The notes under the pieces: model-generated
Seen by the model: only the letters and a program-made list of their open reading frames with translations
Told to the model about the DNA's origin: nothing
Database searches by the model: none
In this document: one piece after another, positions 1 to 11,725 of the stretch
How positions within the stretch are numbered: the first letter of the stretch is position 1
Layout of the letters: every line of letters starts with the position of its first letter
Source of the DNA: Octopus sinensis
Lineage: Eukaryota
Length of the DNA stretch: 46,514 nt
Direction: 5' to 3'
Assembly: GCF_006345805.1 (NCBI RefSeq)
Contig: NW_021834629.1
Location: 1-46,514, forward strand
Position numbers and translations under genes: made by a program

Positions 1-908
1 CCACAACAACAGTAAAGAAGCGGTTGCGTTGTAAGAAAACCTCGTATAAACACAAAAGTTGAAATATAGCAAAATTCCCAATGAGTCGATAGGTGAGGCC
101 GAAGAGAAATGAGAGAGTCGTTCATTAAAATGCAATAAGAGATGGGTAGGGTCCCCAATGAAGTTTTCGAGTTCGAACTTCGTTGGAATCAGAGTGACGA
201 CTAATTTAAATAACATGGGTGGATTCACTAATCATGCAGCCTTCGCTTTAATAATTGGTCTTTTCTGTCTCCAATATACGCTAAATGATGATAATGAATG
301 GAGGCTTGTATGTGTGAGAGTGTGTCTAAATCTATTAACGCCTTTTCTCCATGTGGAAAAGCGAAACTCTACTAATTTCATTGATTATTGATACATACGT
401 GTGGGGTGTGTACGTGTGTATGGGTGTGCGGGGGGAGTGTGTGTGTGTATACGTGTGTATGTGTAATTCAATTTTCTACGACTACTGTCACGACTGCTCT
501 GATTGCTTAATATGTCCATGAAAATATTATTTATTTAACATAGGTGTATATAAATGAATTAAGGGAAAGACTGGGTGGATATATATAGCTGACGGGTGTG
601 TAGAACATCAAAGTTAAGAGGCCACGTGTATGTGCGTCTGTGAGAGAAAAGATAGGAGGGAAATTAGGATTGTGTAAATATTACATTATACACGTGCAGT
701 GATGCATATTTGTGTGTTTATGTATGTGTAAAACACCCACACACACACACTACAGATGTGTGTAGTCAGCATGTCTAGAAATGGGAAAATAATGTCACGT
801 TTTAACAGATGCTTCGAGGTTTTTCAGCGTATACATTTGTATTAATATACATATTATTCTGTGTTTGTAAATAGGAAAATCTACTGCGGTTATATGTAAC
901 TGGTGCTC

Positions 909-944
<36 letters not shown>

Positions 945-1251
945 ATATATTATATATATATATATACACACACATCAACGTATATTGTGGTCTATGCACG
1001 TGCATACATTTTTCTGTAGTGTATATGTATAGATATGTACATTTATACGCCTAACGTGTTTACGTGTACATATATACATCCATATGTTGCGTGCGTGTGT
1101 TTAAATGTATATAAACCAAATATAGTGTGCCCATGTGCACGTTCGCACACGTGTGAATGCGATATGTGTGTTTATATACTTTAGACATTTATATTCTTAA
1201 AATACAGCAATTCAGGAGAATGAAGCCATATGAGTACTCTCTCTCTCTAAT

Positions 1252-1293
<42 letters not shown>

Positions 1294-1767
1294 GCTTACA
1301 GTTTCGATTGCTCCCCCCTTCAGTTACTACCCCCACCACCACTACCACCACACCTACAGTCAATAACATTCCATAAATATAATTCCACGGACATTCATTG
1401 TCCAATGTCAGCTGCTATAAAGGAACCATCACAAAGCAATACGAAGAGGGCACCAAACGCCGAGTAGGAATGGCCGTTGAGTTGAGTGTCTTCTCTAACA
1501 GCACCACTCCTTCCTGTTCTAATCACCAAAATAACGCCATTTGTCACAACAACGGAATATTTCAGTGTTTGACAGACATGTCAGGTGGAGTTCTATGGAT
1601 TCTTGCGTTCGTTTTTGCTTTAAAATAGCCGACGTTTGCAGTAAACAATTGGTTTAGAAAGTTTAAAGATATCACTTCAAAACAATAATGACCGACTTTA
1701 TGACGTGTTGTGTGGTGTGTGTGTGTGTGGGTGTGTATGAAAGAGAGAGAGAGAGATTGGGGAAGGC

Positions 1768-1771
1768 ATAT

Positions 1772-1802
<31 letters not shown>

Positions 1803-3113
1803 CTACATATATATACTACATATATATACTACATATATATATATATATACTACATATATATATATATACATATATATATACATATATATATATACTACAT
1901 ATATATATACTACATATATATATACTACATATATATATAATATATTATTAGTCATATATATATATATATATTATATATACATATATATATATAAATATAT
2001 ATATATAATTATATATATATACTACATAATATATATCACATATATATATACTAAATATAATATACTACGATATATATACTACATTATATATATACATATA
2101 TATATACTACATATATATATACTAAATATATATACTACATATATATACTATATATTATATATACTATATATATATATACTATATATATATATACTATATA
2201 TATATACTATATATATATATACTACATATATATATAACTATATATATATTCTATATATATATATATATACTATATATAATATACTACATATATATATACT
2301 ACATATATATATACTACATCTATATATACTATATATATATACTAGATATATATACATATATATAGATATACTATATAATATATATATATATATATATACT
2401 ATATTATATATACTATATATATATATATATTATATATATATATACTATATTATATATATATACATATATATATATACTATAATATATATATACTTATATA
2501 TATATATACTATATAATAATATACTATATATTAACTATATATATATACTTTATATATATATATACATAATATATATATATATATACATATATATTATATA
2601 CTATAATATATACTATACTATATATACTATATATATATACATATTATATATTACTATATATATATACTATATATATATATACTATATATAATATACCTAT
2701 TATATATATTACTATATATATACTATATATATTACTATATATATTTTATATATATATATTTACTAATTATATATTATATATATTTACTACATATATATAT
2801 TATATAATATATACTACATATATATATTATATATATATATACTACATATATATATTATATATATATTACTACATATTATATACTATATATATACTACATA
2901 TTATAATATACTATATAATAACTATATATATATTATATTATTATATACTACATATATATATATAACATATATTTAACTACTATATATATATACTATATAT
3001 ATATAGATATATATATACATATATATACTACATATATATATACTATATATATATTATTACTATATATATATATACTATATTATATATACTATATATTATA
3101 TATACTATATATA
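1768..3113. repeat. ~1.35 kb compound (TA)n satellite with periodic C/CTAC interruptions
   Basis: Continuous TA run punctuated many times by tactac/tacta units; explains the Y/I-rich ORFs 1688-1951 and 1710-1940. Confidence 0.95.
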
Positions 3114-4683
3114 CGAACATGAAATACGAAAATAATGTGTGTGTACGCGAAGAACGAGAGAAACAAATGGAAAACAAGACAAGTAACATAAAAAAATCGA
3201 CCCTTCATCAGTTGTCGACTATCCTACTCATTTCGAGGAATGAACGACAAAATAAGACTTTGAAGGCAGTTGCTCCCGCGAACCAAAATAAAATTTGGTA
3301 TTTTGCGGAGGGTCAAAGTTGCTAACAAAACAGGACAGTGAAAAGAAACCAAACGAAACGAATACAAACATGGGGGCACCATCTTAAAGAATTTTATTCG
3401 AATGAATCGATGCCAGTTCTATGTTTTTAAAACTTGATAGAGATTCTTTCGGTCTCTTTTGCCGACCCATATAACTGAGAAAGAAACTTCTAGACCACAC
3501 AGCCACGGTCACATGAATTTGAATATTTGGATAAAAAAACAGCCACACACCAAATATCCAGTCTGAGGTCTTAAAAGGTGAAATCGAACAAAGCTTAGGA
3601 CAGGGTAGGACTTGAACTCAGGACGGAGCAGAATCTAAAGTAAAGCTACATGGCATTGGTGTTTATACTTCTTTGTAACTTTTTAGGACAGAGGTGATGA
3701 AGATTTGACTTGGGGAAGATGAAAGGCAAGTGCAGGGACAGAACTAGAAATATACAGCATATCAAAGATAATTATCCTCTTCATACAGTATATTATCTAC
3801 GTTTAGAAAATTAATTGAGATAATTAATCGTCAACTCCTACTGAGGTTGACTGAGCGTTTCATCACCAAACTTCATGCATCAAGAATCTTGGCCAGATTA
3901 AAATTTTAAGCTTTGAAGTTTCCCAGATTTCGATTTGAACTCAGCCTGAGATTAAAGTATTAGCATAGGACACGTGATGCACTGGACATTTCTTTCTTCC
4001 ATAAAACAGTAAGTTCCATCTTCATAAAAGGTGGAAACATAAAATGGTTGACATCTTAAGGCTTTTCTCAATAGGGCAAGAAGACAATTATTCTACCGAT
4101 AACATTTGAAAGGTCAACTCATGCCATAGTTTCGGCTTCCAGTCGTATCAATCAACTAATATTCCATGCAATCGATCAGTGATCCGTTGTTGTGATTATG
4201 AAACTGTGAAGTCAAAGAGATTCAGACTTTAAAAGGACATCGTTAATGACAAATGGTTGGATTGAAGAGAAACAGTAGATGCCAAAGCTTTCCTCGCATT
4301 ATTTATGAAGAGCGAGAAAGAGAATGAAGAGGAGGGGGAGTAGTGGTAGCAGCAGCAGCAGAAGTTGGTCGCGTGATTGGTCACCGTAATTAATTCTAGC
4401 AAACCTCAGACGTTGAGAGTATATACGACGCCATCTGACTCTCACCTAAGACACTGGCTTTATAACCAAAGAGACAGGGTCATTGATGTATGGTTAAGAA
4501 GTTAGTTTCGCGACTACAGGACTTCGGGTTCGATCTCATTGCGTGCGTGGCGACTTAATTTTGCCATTACTCTGAGCTAATCAAAGCCTTTCCAATAAAA
4601 TTTGGCAGACAAAAACAGCATCGAAGCTGGCTGGAAGCAATGTCCCAGTGATTGGTGGAGGGTGGTTATACTTAACCCATCTC

Positions 4684-4913
4684 AGGCGGCGAGCTGGCAG
4701 AAACGTTAGCCGCCGGGCGAATTGCGTTGCCGTTATTTTGTCTGCCGTTACGTTCCGAGTTCAAATTCGCCGGGATCGACTTTGCCTTCATCCTTCCGGG
4801 TCGATATATAAATAATTACCAGTTACGCACTGGGTCGATGTAATCGACTTAATCCTTTGTCTGTCCTTGTTTGTCTCCTCTGTGTTTAGCCCCTTGTGGG
4901 TAGTAAAGAAATA
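4684..4913 (+). mobile_element. tRNA-derived SINE, family A (octopus OR/OK-like), full length, tail type 1
   Basis: Head aggcggcgagctggcagaaacgttagc, B-box-like gagttcaaattc, core gccttcatccttccggggtcgat, tail ...ccccttgtgggtagtaaagaaa; perfect 17-bp TSD tatacttaacccatctc at 4667-4683 and 4914-4930. Confidence 0.92.
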
Positions 4914-5049
4914 TATACTTAACCCATCTCTCAATTTGACTGAAAGAAGTAGGAAAGGTTAGACATCGAAATATAAGATGGACTTATTACAGGCATATTT
5001 AATTACCATTGTTTTTAATTTCATGATAACGAGTACATTCTTAATTATC

Positions 5050-5570
5050 TAAGAACCATCTATTTTAATTTGGAAGCAATGTATAGAGTTAGATACGGTG
5101 GATGTAAGAGGACCAGGGCAGAGGAGCTTCAACACAAAATTGAAAAGCAAGGAACCGCTGTGGAATATCAACATTGCACCAAACCTATCAAATGTATCGT
5201 AATGTGATGCTGTTCCCACATGTGTAAGCAGAATCATACTGTGGGGCTAAAACGTCTCAATGTGTAGCAGAAATATATATCCACATGTAAAATGGTGGAT
5301 CTAGGGTATATTTTATGTGTAGTAGCAGTAACGCCGTTTCACATGTAGGAGTAGAAACTATTGTGCGTTTAGGGCGTCTACGAATAGGGAAAACAGTCTT
5401 CACACGTGGAAGGATTAACCCATTGTATGTTCAAGACATCTGCATGTGTACAGCTTCAGCAACACTAGCCTACATGTTAATAATCCAACACTGTCACATG
5501 TGGGAGCCATTGCTTGACGATGGTGTAACTGCCGAAACTTCGAAGTTACCGTCAACAATATATCTGTTTT
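5050..5570 (+). mobile_element. Possible decayed Penelope-like element fragment
   Basis: Cys/His-rich interrupted frames (TCRSRN..., CSRHLHV) loosely resembling the GIY-YIG region of PLEs; ends in ttgacga-tggtgtaactgcc-gaaac, a hammerhead-core-like string, next to a TA tract. Confidence 0.35.
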
Positions 5571-5572
5571 AA

Positions 5573-5623
<51 letters not shown>

Positions 5624-5627
<4 letters not shown>

Positions 5628-5738
5628 CCTGCTCGCTTAGCCAGCGGGGGTGGTGGCGTCATTCGAAGGCTTAAAACAATGCGAACGCATGTGACCAGCG
5701 ATGTGTAACAACATCTGATAGTCTGGTCGGTCACGTGA
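5624..5738 (+). mobile_element. ~115-bp structured element embedded in (TA)n, copy 1 (unclassified; orientation arbitrary)
   Basis: ttggcctgctcgcttagccagcggg...ctggtcggtcacgtga flanked by TA runs on both sides; near-identical reverse-complement copy at 13689-13799. Confidence 0.85.
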
Positions 5739-5759
5739 TCACGTGTAATATATATATAT

Positions 5760-5797
<38 letters not shown>

Positions 5798-6650
5798 GAT
5801 ATATATATAGGAGAGGAAAGAATAATAAGGCAGAATGCTAAATTGAAAGTAAATTTTAATAAAAATGGGGGTATGAAAAATTAAAAAGAAAAAAAAGAAA
5901 TCAAACGGCTTTCATTGCAAACATTTCGTCGCTCGGGCTCATCACAGATTGCACGTAAGGCACAGTCCTGCTCGAAGAATTTCACGTTTTTCTGCAATAT
6001 TTATAGCCCCAAATGGCTTCTTTTTTTTTTATCTAGCACCAGACATTTCTTCATTTCTAAGTTAAGGGTAAAAACTTAGCAACCCTGTAAAACATAACTG
6101 ATCTTTACAGACAGACGCACAGAATAACTGCAATCAAATAACGCCAGCGGAGTGCACAACAAACATCAGCGCTCTGACTGTCACCTGTACTCTTGATAAG
6201 AGATGTCGCCTTTTACGCCTCCCAGGTTCCTTCGTATTAGCCCGAGTTGCTGGATAATTTTTAGCTCCTCTAAGAATATTGTAGAACGGAAACTTTTTTT
6301 ATAGATTGGAATTTAAATCCTAATCTCTACAGAAATTTATTGCTTCAAGAAAACATTGAACTTGAATAACTTTTACGATTATAGATAACAACTCCGTTTG
6401 TAACTTCTGAACCGGAGTCAGGCGCGTGTGAACGATGTCGAGAGAACGTCTACTACGAATGATATTTTTTGAGACAGGGCACCTCTAAGACGCCCGCCAG
6501 AGGCTGAATGAAAATAAATGAACTGCGACCAGGCTCAATAAAAGGAGCCCGAGTTATTGGCGGCAGTGTTGGCAGAAATTCAATCAGCTTGCAAAAACAA
6601 GTTCAATTTACTAAATTTATATTCGGGTTAAGCCCGAGTCACAGTCACCA

Positions 6651-6692
<42 letters not shown>

Positions 6693-6695
<3 letters not shown>

Positions 6696-6883
6696 AGAGT
6701 TCACGAAAAAAAAACAAAAGACGAAGACAGGTGGTTTGTAGAAAAAAACAGATGTATTAGTAAAACGCTCAGGAATAGAAAAAGTTCTTTTACGTTTCGA
6801 GCCTACGCTCTTCTACAGAACGGGACACAGAAAAAAAAAAAAAAACAAGGAGAGAAAGAAAATATGTGTGTAGTGGCTACCGA
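6693..6883 (-). mobile_element. Penelope-type mini-element in (TA)n with hammerhead-like core
   Basis: Between two TA tracts; minus strand 6791-6818 reads CTGTAGA-A-GAGC-GTAG-GCTC-GAAAC-GTA. Confidence 0.6.
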
Positions 6884-6891
6884 TATATATA

Positions 6892-6938
<47 letters not shown>

Positions 6939-7636
6939 GAGAGAGAGAGAGAGTGAGAAAGAGAGAGAAAACAATGCAACGTGTTTCATACACTGCTCCC
7001 ATGCACACATACACACGCGCGCAGAGTATGTGTATATCTTCTAGGTTGAAGGAAGTCAGCTTTATAAAGGAAACCATAGAACTTTCTGGCGATGAATATC
7101 TTTCATTGAAGACTGTTGTACTATAATATATATATATTTACGTTTAATATGCATCGAAATCATCAACGTGGGTTAATATGGTGTGGCTGCCTTCTTTATC
7201 ACAAATATATGTGTCAAGTGAATGCGTGTAGAGACAGCATTTTAGGACTTCATCAAAGCGCATGTGCAGCGTGTGTGTGTGTGTGTGTGTGTGCGTGTTC
7301 AAGTGCAGCAGAATGTCATTCTTGAATGAGAGAGAGAGATGAAGAGAATAATGAAGTGTTTGGTCCTTAACGTAAATGAGAAGGAATCAAACGACGATAA
7401 ATAATTAAAGAATTTTATTTGATTGAGGAGAAGGTGAAAGAAAGGGAAGAGAGGGGAAGGAAAGATGGAAAGAAAGGAATGAAGGAAGGAAGAGAGGAGA
7501 ATTGCAAAGAAGGGACCAAAAAATGATACGGATATCTATAAATAAGAAAAATAAATAAATGAAATAGAGAAAAAGAAGGAGATAAAGCGGGAACTGAAGC
7601 TGAGAGAAAGTGAAGGAGAGAAAGATTGTGTTGTTT

Positions 7637-7671
<35 letters not shown>

Positions 7672-7856
7672 TATATGCACACAATGATGATGGTGTTTAG
7701 TATTGAGACGGCACAAGTGTAAACATCTCCATTTCAACATCTGCAGAGAATATGGCATTTTATTATTTTCGCTTTGTATATTGACTTAAATCACTGAAAT
7801 TTTTTCTTCTTAGAAACTCATACAAATGGACACTTTGTGTTGGTGAAGCTTATTTA

Positions 7857-7929
7857 AGCCGGTCGAGTGGTTTGTTACTCGGGAGTTTCCACGGCGCGCC
7901 ACCGCTTCTTCAGGCAAGTTGAACTAGGT
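7857..7929. ncRNA. Candidate structured element, copy A
   Basis: agccggtcgagtggtttgtt matches 15931-15950 at 19/20; internal hairpin cgg-cgcgcca-ccg; hammerhead-like topology on the minus strand. Confidence 0.5.
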
Positions 7930-8041
7930 GAAAGGCCGAGACACACTAACACACACAAAGTTTATTTCATGTGCGTATATATTTGATTGTGTGGTGTGTG
8001 AGAGAGAGAGATAAAGCACTAATATATATAATATATATATA

Positions 8042-8092
<51 letters not shown>

Positions 8093-8454
8093 AGACTTAG
8101 AGTGCTATAATACAGGATAAGAATAATATTTCAATATAAAACTGGATTGTTAGAGATAAACAAATTAATGCGATTATTTACTCAGAGTAACGAATATAAA
8201 TAAAACATTAGTTTGGTTGCGAATCAGTGTCGATGTTATAGAGACAAACCACACACATACGTAAACACAAACATTATTATAAAGAAACATGTGCAAAACA
8301 AGATTACACACACACACACACACATACACACACCTATGTGAAGTATCAAAGTAGCGCCAACAACTGCAAAATATGCAGCGGTGCACAGCAGACACGTGCA
8401 TGCGCACACACAGACACATTATCAATCATATGATGCTGGCTGCAACCACCTTTG

Positions 8455-8652
8455 TGAGTGTGTGCGTGTGTGTGGCTGGCTGTGTGTGGCTGTGTGTGTG
8501 TGTGTAGCTGCGTGTGTGTGTGTAGCTGTGTGTGTGTGTGAGTAGCTTTGTGTGTGTGTAGCTGTGTGTGTGTGTGGCTGTGTGTGTGTGGCTGTGTGTG
8601 TGTGTGTGTAACTGTGGCTGTGTGTGTAGCTGTGTGTGTGTGTGTGTGTGTG
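8455..8652. repeat. Compound (GT)n microsatellite with periodic GCT interruptions
   Basis: Units gtgtgtgtggct / gtgtgtgtagct; a similar tract lies at ~25650-25760. Confidence 0.9.
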
Positions 8653-8717
8653 GCGAAATACAACCTACACGTTTACTGTTTGCACACAGACACGTGCCAA
8701 TATCTATACACAGTCTT

Positions 8718-8759
<42 letters not shown>

Positions 8760-9311
8760 GCACACTAAACTATGTTGACTGACATATACTTAGATGCGTT
8801 TGGTAGGAAAAGTATTCAAAATCTTGAAAATCACATCCTCTTTATATGAGAGCACGCAGTTATTCATATGGATACTGTTGTCATAGGTAGACTTTGCATG
8901 AAAATCAAACGCAATTAACTAAAATGTTTTAGATCTTGAATCTAGCTTGTTAAAGGTCCGTTGGGGCTCAACAACAACAACAAAAAAATGTTTTGAACGT
9001 ACACACAAAACCATTATTATGAATATACATAACTTGTCTCTACGATGGTGTCTTCTTTTTTGTGTATGCTATAACACACACCACACACACACACACACAC
9101 ACAGAGTAAAATGACAAAACAAAGGAGAACTTCTGAAAATGCAAAAATAGAGGTTGAGCGTTCTTTATCCATCTCCGGTTACTCAATGTGTCTACACATA
9201 GAGCCATATATACCATTTTCTACCCCGTTGAATTTCGTTGAAATGGTCATTATTTGAGAACCAAATTATGGAACGTTGGGTCGAATCTACTCTGTACGTT
9301 TCCATTGTGTT

Positions 9312-9345
9312 TCTGGACAAATTCCTTTGGATGTCCCAGATGAGG
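9312..9345 (+). mobile_element. Tiny CR1-group LINE ORF2 C-terminal remnant
   Basis: ctggacaaattccttt-ggatgtcccagatgag reads LDKFL..DVPDE with a frameshift, the same motif as at 12083-12395. Confidence 0.4.
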
Positions 9346-9694
9346 GGAAACTGTTACCAAATGAATCTGCTACAGAAGCAGGGAAGTGAGGTACTCTAAG
9401 CAAAACATCAATCTACCCAATCTATACGATCCCTATAATCCCTCCTTCCCATGTTATCACCACAAGGTATTTTCTTTAGGTCCATCCCTATAAATTAATC
9501 GGACTATAACAAATAACAAATGTGTCTTACCTCCAATAATGTGGGGAATAGCCGGGACACTGGTCTCCGCATTTTTGGCAGATTTTCCCCTTATCAGCTT
9601 CCTGGAAAGGATCGGGACTCTGCGAAAATAGAAAATAATTAAAATAAATATAACTTTATAAACACTTAGGAGTTTGTTTGAGTTATTCTTTATC

Positions 9695-9907
9695 TTTTCT
9701 AGTATAGACATAAGGCCTGAAATTTGCGGGGAGGGAATAAACCGATCACATCGACACCCAGTGAGTAACTGGTACTTATTTAATCGACGCCGAAAGGATG
9801 AAAGGCAAAGTCGACCTCGACAGAATTTGAACTCAGAACGTAGCGGCATATGAAATACCTCTAAGCATTTTGTCCAGCGCGCTATCGATTCTGCCAGCTT
9901 GCCGCCT
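9695..9907 (-). mobile_element. SINE family A, tail type 2
   Basis: Reverse complement of the family A head and core (aaaggatgaaaggcaaagtcgacctcg...ctgccagcttgccgcct) plus the aggcctgaaattt tail. Confidence 0.9.
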
Positions 9908-9940
9908 CAATTTTTTTTGTTTATCATCATCCTAATATTA

Positions 9941-10080
9941 GGCTGGCAGAAACGTTAGCCCACCGAACGAAATACTTAGCGGTATTTCGTCTTTTTTACG
10001 TTCTGAGTTCAAATTCCGTCGAGGTCGACTTTGCCTTTCATCCTTTCGGAGTCGATAAATTAAGTACCAGCTGCGTACTT
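9941..10080 (+). mobile_element. SINE family A, 3'-truncated
   Basis: ggctggcagaaacgttagc...gagttcaaattcc...gcctttcatcctttcggagtcgataaattaagtaccag; head-to-head with the 9695-9907 copy. Confidence 0.9.
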
Positions 10081-11570
10081 GACCCATCGTTATTTGGTCA
10101 GAACAAACGTGGCACAAGTAAACAACCTCAGAAAGCGGCGAGCTTTCGAAACAATACGTTAAATATCTGACTTGTAGGATAAATATATCTATATCGAAAG
10201 ATGTACAGGATTTAACAGAAACGATGAAAATAAAATAATAAAGACATTTGTTTACATTTGTCAGTTTCCTTATTTACTTGTTTACACAACATCACTTCAT
10301 CTTGTCTCATTTCGTACAAACATATCTTTTCATTCTATCTTAGAGACTCTGAAGAAATGTGAGACAATTGACATCGCAAGAATCGGTGAATCCGTCCTGA
10401 AATTTCTACATCAATTCTCAGCAGTTACTGCATTGTTGTACCTACAGAGATCTATGTGAACTGAGCCGTTGAAAGTGGCCAAAATACATTGTATATAACA
10501 AAGGACGAACCGGCTACCTCTCTGCTGTTGGCTGACCTGGACACGACTGGCTATTTGCAATCTTCTGTATTACTGATCGAGTGTTCTAAAAGATACTTAT
10601 ATACACTTCACGTAAACAAATACAGACATATACATACATGAATACACGCACACGAATACTTAGACATACGCTCCATAACCATACACTCACACGTATTCGA
10701 AGGTAATTACATTCAAAGCACACTAACAGCTCAGCACCCCCCGTCCACCTCTAACCTCAGACAGTTTATAAATAAAAACAGGTCTTCCACATATCTTCTT
10801 CCAATTACCAATCTGGTAATATCTTAATTACTTCAAGTGGCCAACAAATTCCATCCTTTCTCCCATCCCCAAGAATCTTATTTTGTAGACGTTAGAAAAC
10901 AACTGCGCGCAATAACGTGCCACACTCTCACCCCAGCCGCGTTTGTGTTGTTATATATAAACACAGAAGGGTGTTTCTTCATACACCTAAATCAGGCAGG
11001 CCTAGTGCACTTTTACTCCAAGGTTTTTGCTTTAATAGGGCTTCGGAGTGAAGCCTCTGAAGCCGAAAATGTTACTAATCCAGTCTGTTTGATTGGTTGA
11101 ACTCTTCTTAAATTACAGATTTCGGGACTTCCTGATCTACTGCCAAGAAGAGATTGAAATGGTTGGTACTTCGTGAGTAACAAGTCAAATAATTACGAAC
11201 AGACGTGATGCGGTGAGTAAGATAAACTCTATCTGAGTGAGGGAGAAGCAAGAGGCAAGCAGTGCTGAATAATGTTCAGCTCAACCGAACAAAGGTAAGT
11301 GGAAGAATCTAAAGACAAAAAACTTTTGAGTTTAAAAACAAAACTTTTGACTTTAAAATGAGTTATGGCACCGAAGTCACAATTTATTAAAATTCAGAAT
11401 AGATGACGTGGAATCGGGAAGGTGGTAAACAGGGTAGACAACTCATGACATTTTTGTATTATTTGACCTCTTTAGATAAAATGAAGACGGGGGTGCATGT
11501 TGCTTTGTAGACAGGAGAGAGAGATTTAAGATTTTAAAGTTAAATGTCCTTAAAACACACACAGAGAATC

Positions 11571-11725
11571 TTTTCTACTCTAGGCACAAGGCCCGAAATT
11601 TGAGGGGAGGGGCCAGTCGATTAGATCGACCCCAGTACGCAGCTGGTACTTAATTTATCGACCCTGAAAGGATGGACGGCTAAGTCAACCCCGGTGGAAT
11701 TTGAACTCAGAACGTAAAGATAGAC
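11571..11725 (-). mobile_element. SINE family A, tail type 2, head truncated
   Basis: taggcacaaggcccgaaatttgaggggagggg...ctggtacttaatttatcgacc...ttgaactcagaacg. Confidence 0.85.

Noticed and set aside
7818-7830. SYKW resembling the labial/Hox1 YKWM hexapeptide
   Set aside because: Followed by T rather than M, and no homeobox exon anywhere in the window
7885-7897. 13-nt complementarity to the mollusc miR-2722 sequence as I recall it
   Set aside because: Recall is unverified, seed position 2 does not match, and there is no pre-miRNA hairpin with the full mature sequence
10380-10410. Helitron/Helentron-like aatcggtgaatccgtc motif (also ~29990-30075)
   Set aside because: Too short and degenerate; no terminal hairpin or CTRR end could be defined
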